Positions 63,081-64,000 of a stretch of 64,000 nucleotides of DNA are shown piece after piece. Each line of letters opens with the position of its first letter. The stretch's first letter is position 1. Source of the stretch: Felis catus (Eukaryota); NCBI RefSeq assembly GCF_018350175.1, contig NC_058368.1, positions 98,086,001 to 98,150,000 on the forward strand, given 5' to 3'. The position numbers and the translations under genes are program-made. Below the pieces are notes generated by a model. That model was not told the origin of the DNA and did not search any database. It was given only the letters and a program-made list of their open reading frames with translations.

Positions 63081-64000
63081 TGTATAACTAGTTAAAACTT
63101 GATTGGTGAGACATTGTAAGCAGAGTTGGAATTTATTTGATAAGATTTTGATCAGAAATTCTAGAATTTGCGAAACACTAATATTTAGGCTTTCAGTAGA
63201 TGCGCCTCACTTTAAGGAAAATATTTTGCCTTATCAATTTATTCTGTATGAATTATTTAAGGTGATGACATTTAATGCAATTGGACAAGATAATTCTTAT
63301 CAATTTCTTTCAAGGTGGGAGAAAATCATTCTGAAGATGATTCTTAGACATTTTAATTGATATTTTAAATACAGTGCCTCTGAGGGAATCTGGGCCTCAA
63401 AAGTGTTTGCTGCAGCATTAATTTTTAGTTTAATTCAGGAAATCACATTGAAAAATAGTATATAGTGTTTCTCATTAGTGTGGTATTTAGAGTAGCCCAC
63501 AGTATACATGGATTCCCATAGATATTTATCTAAGAACCTTTGCTTTTTCTCAGACAGTAGTTGTTGCTGACCGTTGCAGACCAAATGGAGTCTTGTTCCA
63601 ACAACATTTGCTTTGTCTTCTCTGTTTTCCATGCTGTGATTCTAGATTGAATCTAGAATTCTGCATTGTTCTGCATCACTAACCGTTGGTTTCAGTTAGT
63701 AATAAAGTTCTGGTTCACAGCTGCCTCTTGCCCAAAAAGCCCGTATGTTTCTCCAAAGTGTTGTAATAGTGAAGCTAATTTTTGCTTTCATAGAACCAGG
63801 CTCTACTCTTTTGGAATTTAAATGACAGATGTGCTGGGTATAGTTTAGCTTCTTGAATATGACTGACCAAGAATGTCCCTGGCTCTATGTAAGAGCCCTT
63901 TAATATGAGATTATGATGCTTGAAGAAAGAAGGTGATTTTTCAAAAGGTGTTGCTGTTTAACTCCTAAATTCATTCTAGACTCCCAAATTTTTCTTTTTC

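Overview
This is mammalian genomic DNA from a felid (cat family), identified from about 40 Can-SINEs including very young SINEC_Fc-type copies. It is repeat-dense and I cannot support any protein-coding exon of a host gene. The ORFs in the supplied track are SINE or microsatellite read-throughs, short chance ORFs, or broken LINE-1 ORF1/ORF2 pieces. Main contents: a full-length but inactivated carnivore L1 (41439-49055, minus strand, 14-bp TSD, ~230-bp tandem array in the 5'UTR); an ancient near full-length L1M (about 15050-23520) with many nested insertions; an ERV1-class proviral relic with LTR, tRNA-Ser-like PBS and gag zinc knuckle (about 36090-39515); plus L2, MIR, MaLR/ERV solo LTRs and DNA transposon fossils. 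The most interesting observations are: (i) a U6 snRNA-L1 chimeric retrocopy; (ii) a SINE-[400 bp foreign DNA]-SINE cassette inside one target-site duplication in a MIR, i.e. apparent SINE-mediated capture of DNA; (iii) a very young tandem SINE dimer with a third orphan tail inside one TSD; (iv) a fold-back/template-switch scar at 35028-35145; (v) a stop-free, protein-like minus-strand frame at 19-240. The minus-strand bias of L1/ERV/SINEs suggests an intron of a plus-strand gene (inference). I found no evidence for a new multi-gene system. Repeat family names come from recalled consensus similarity rather than a database search, and boundaries of old elements are approximate.
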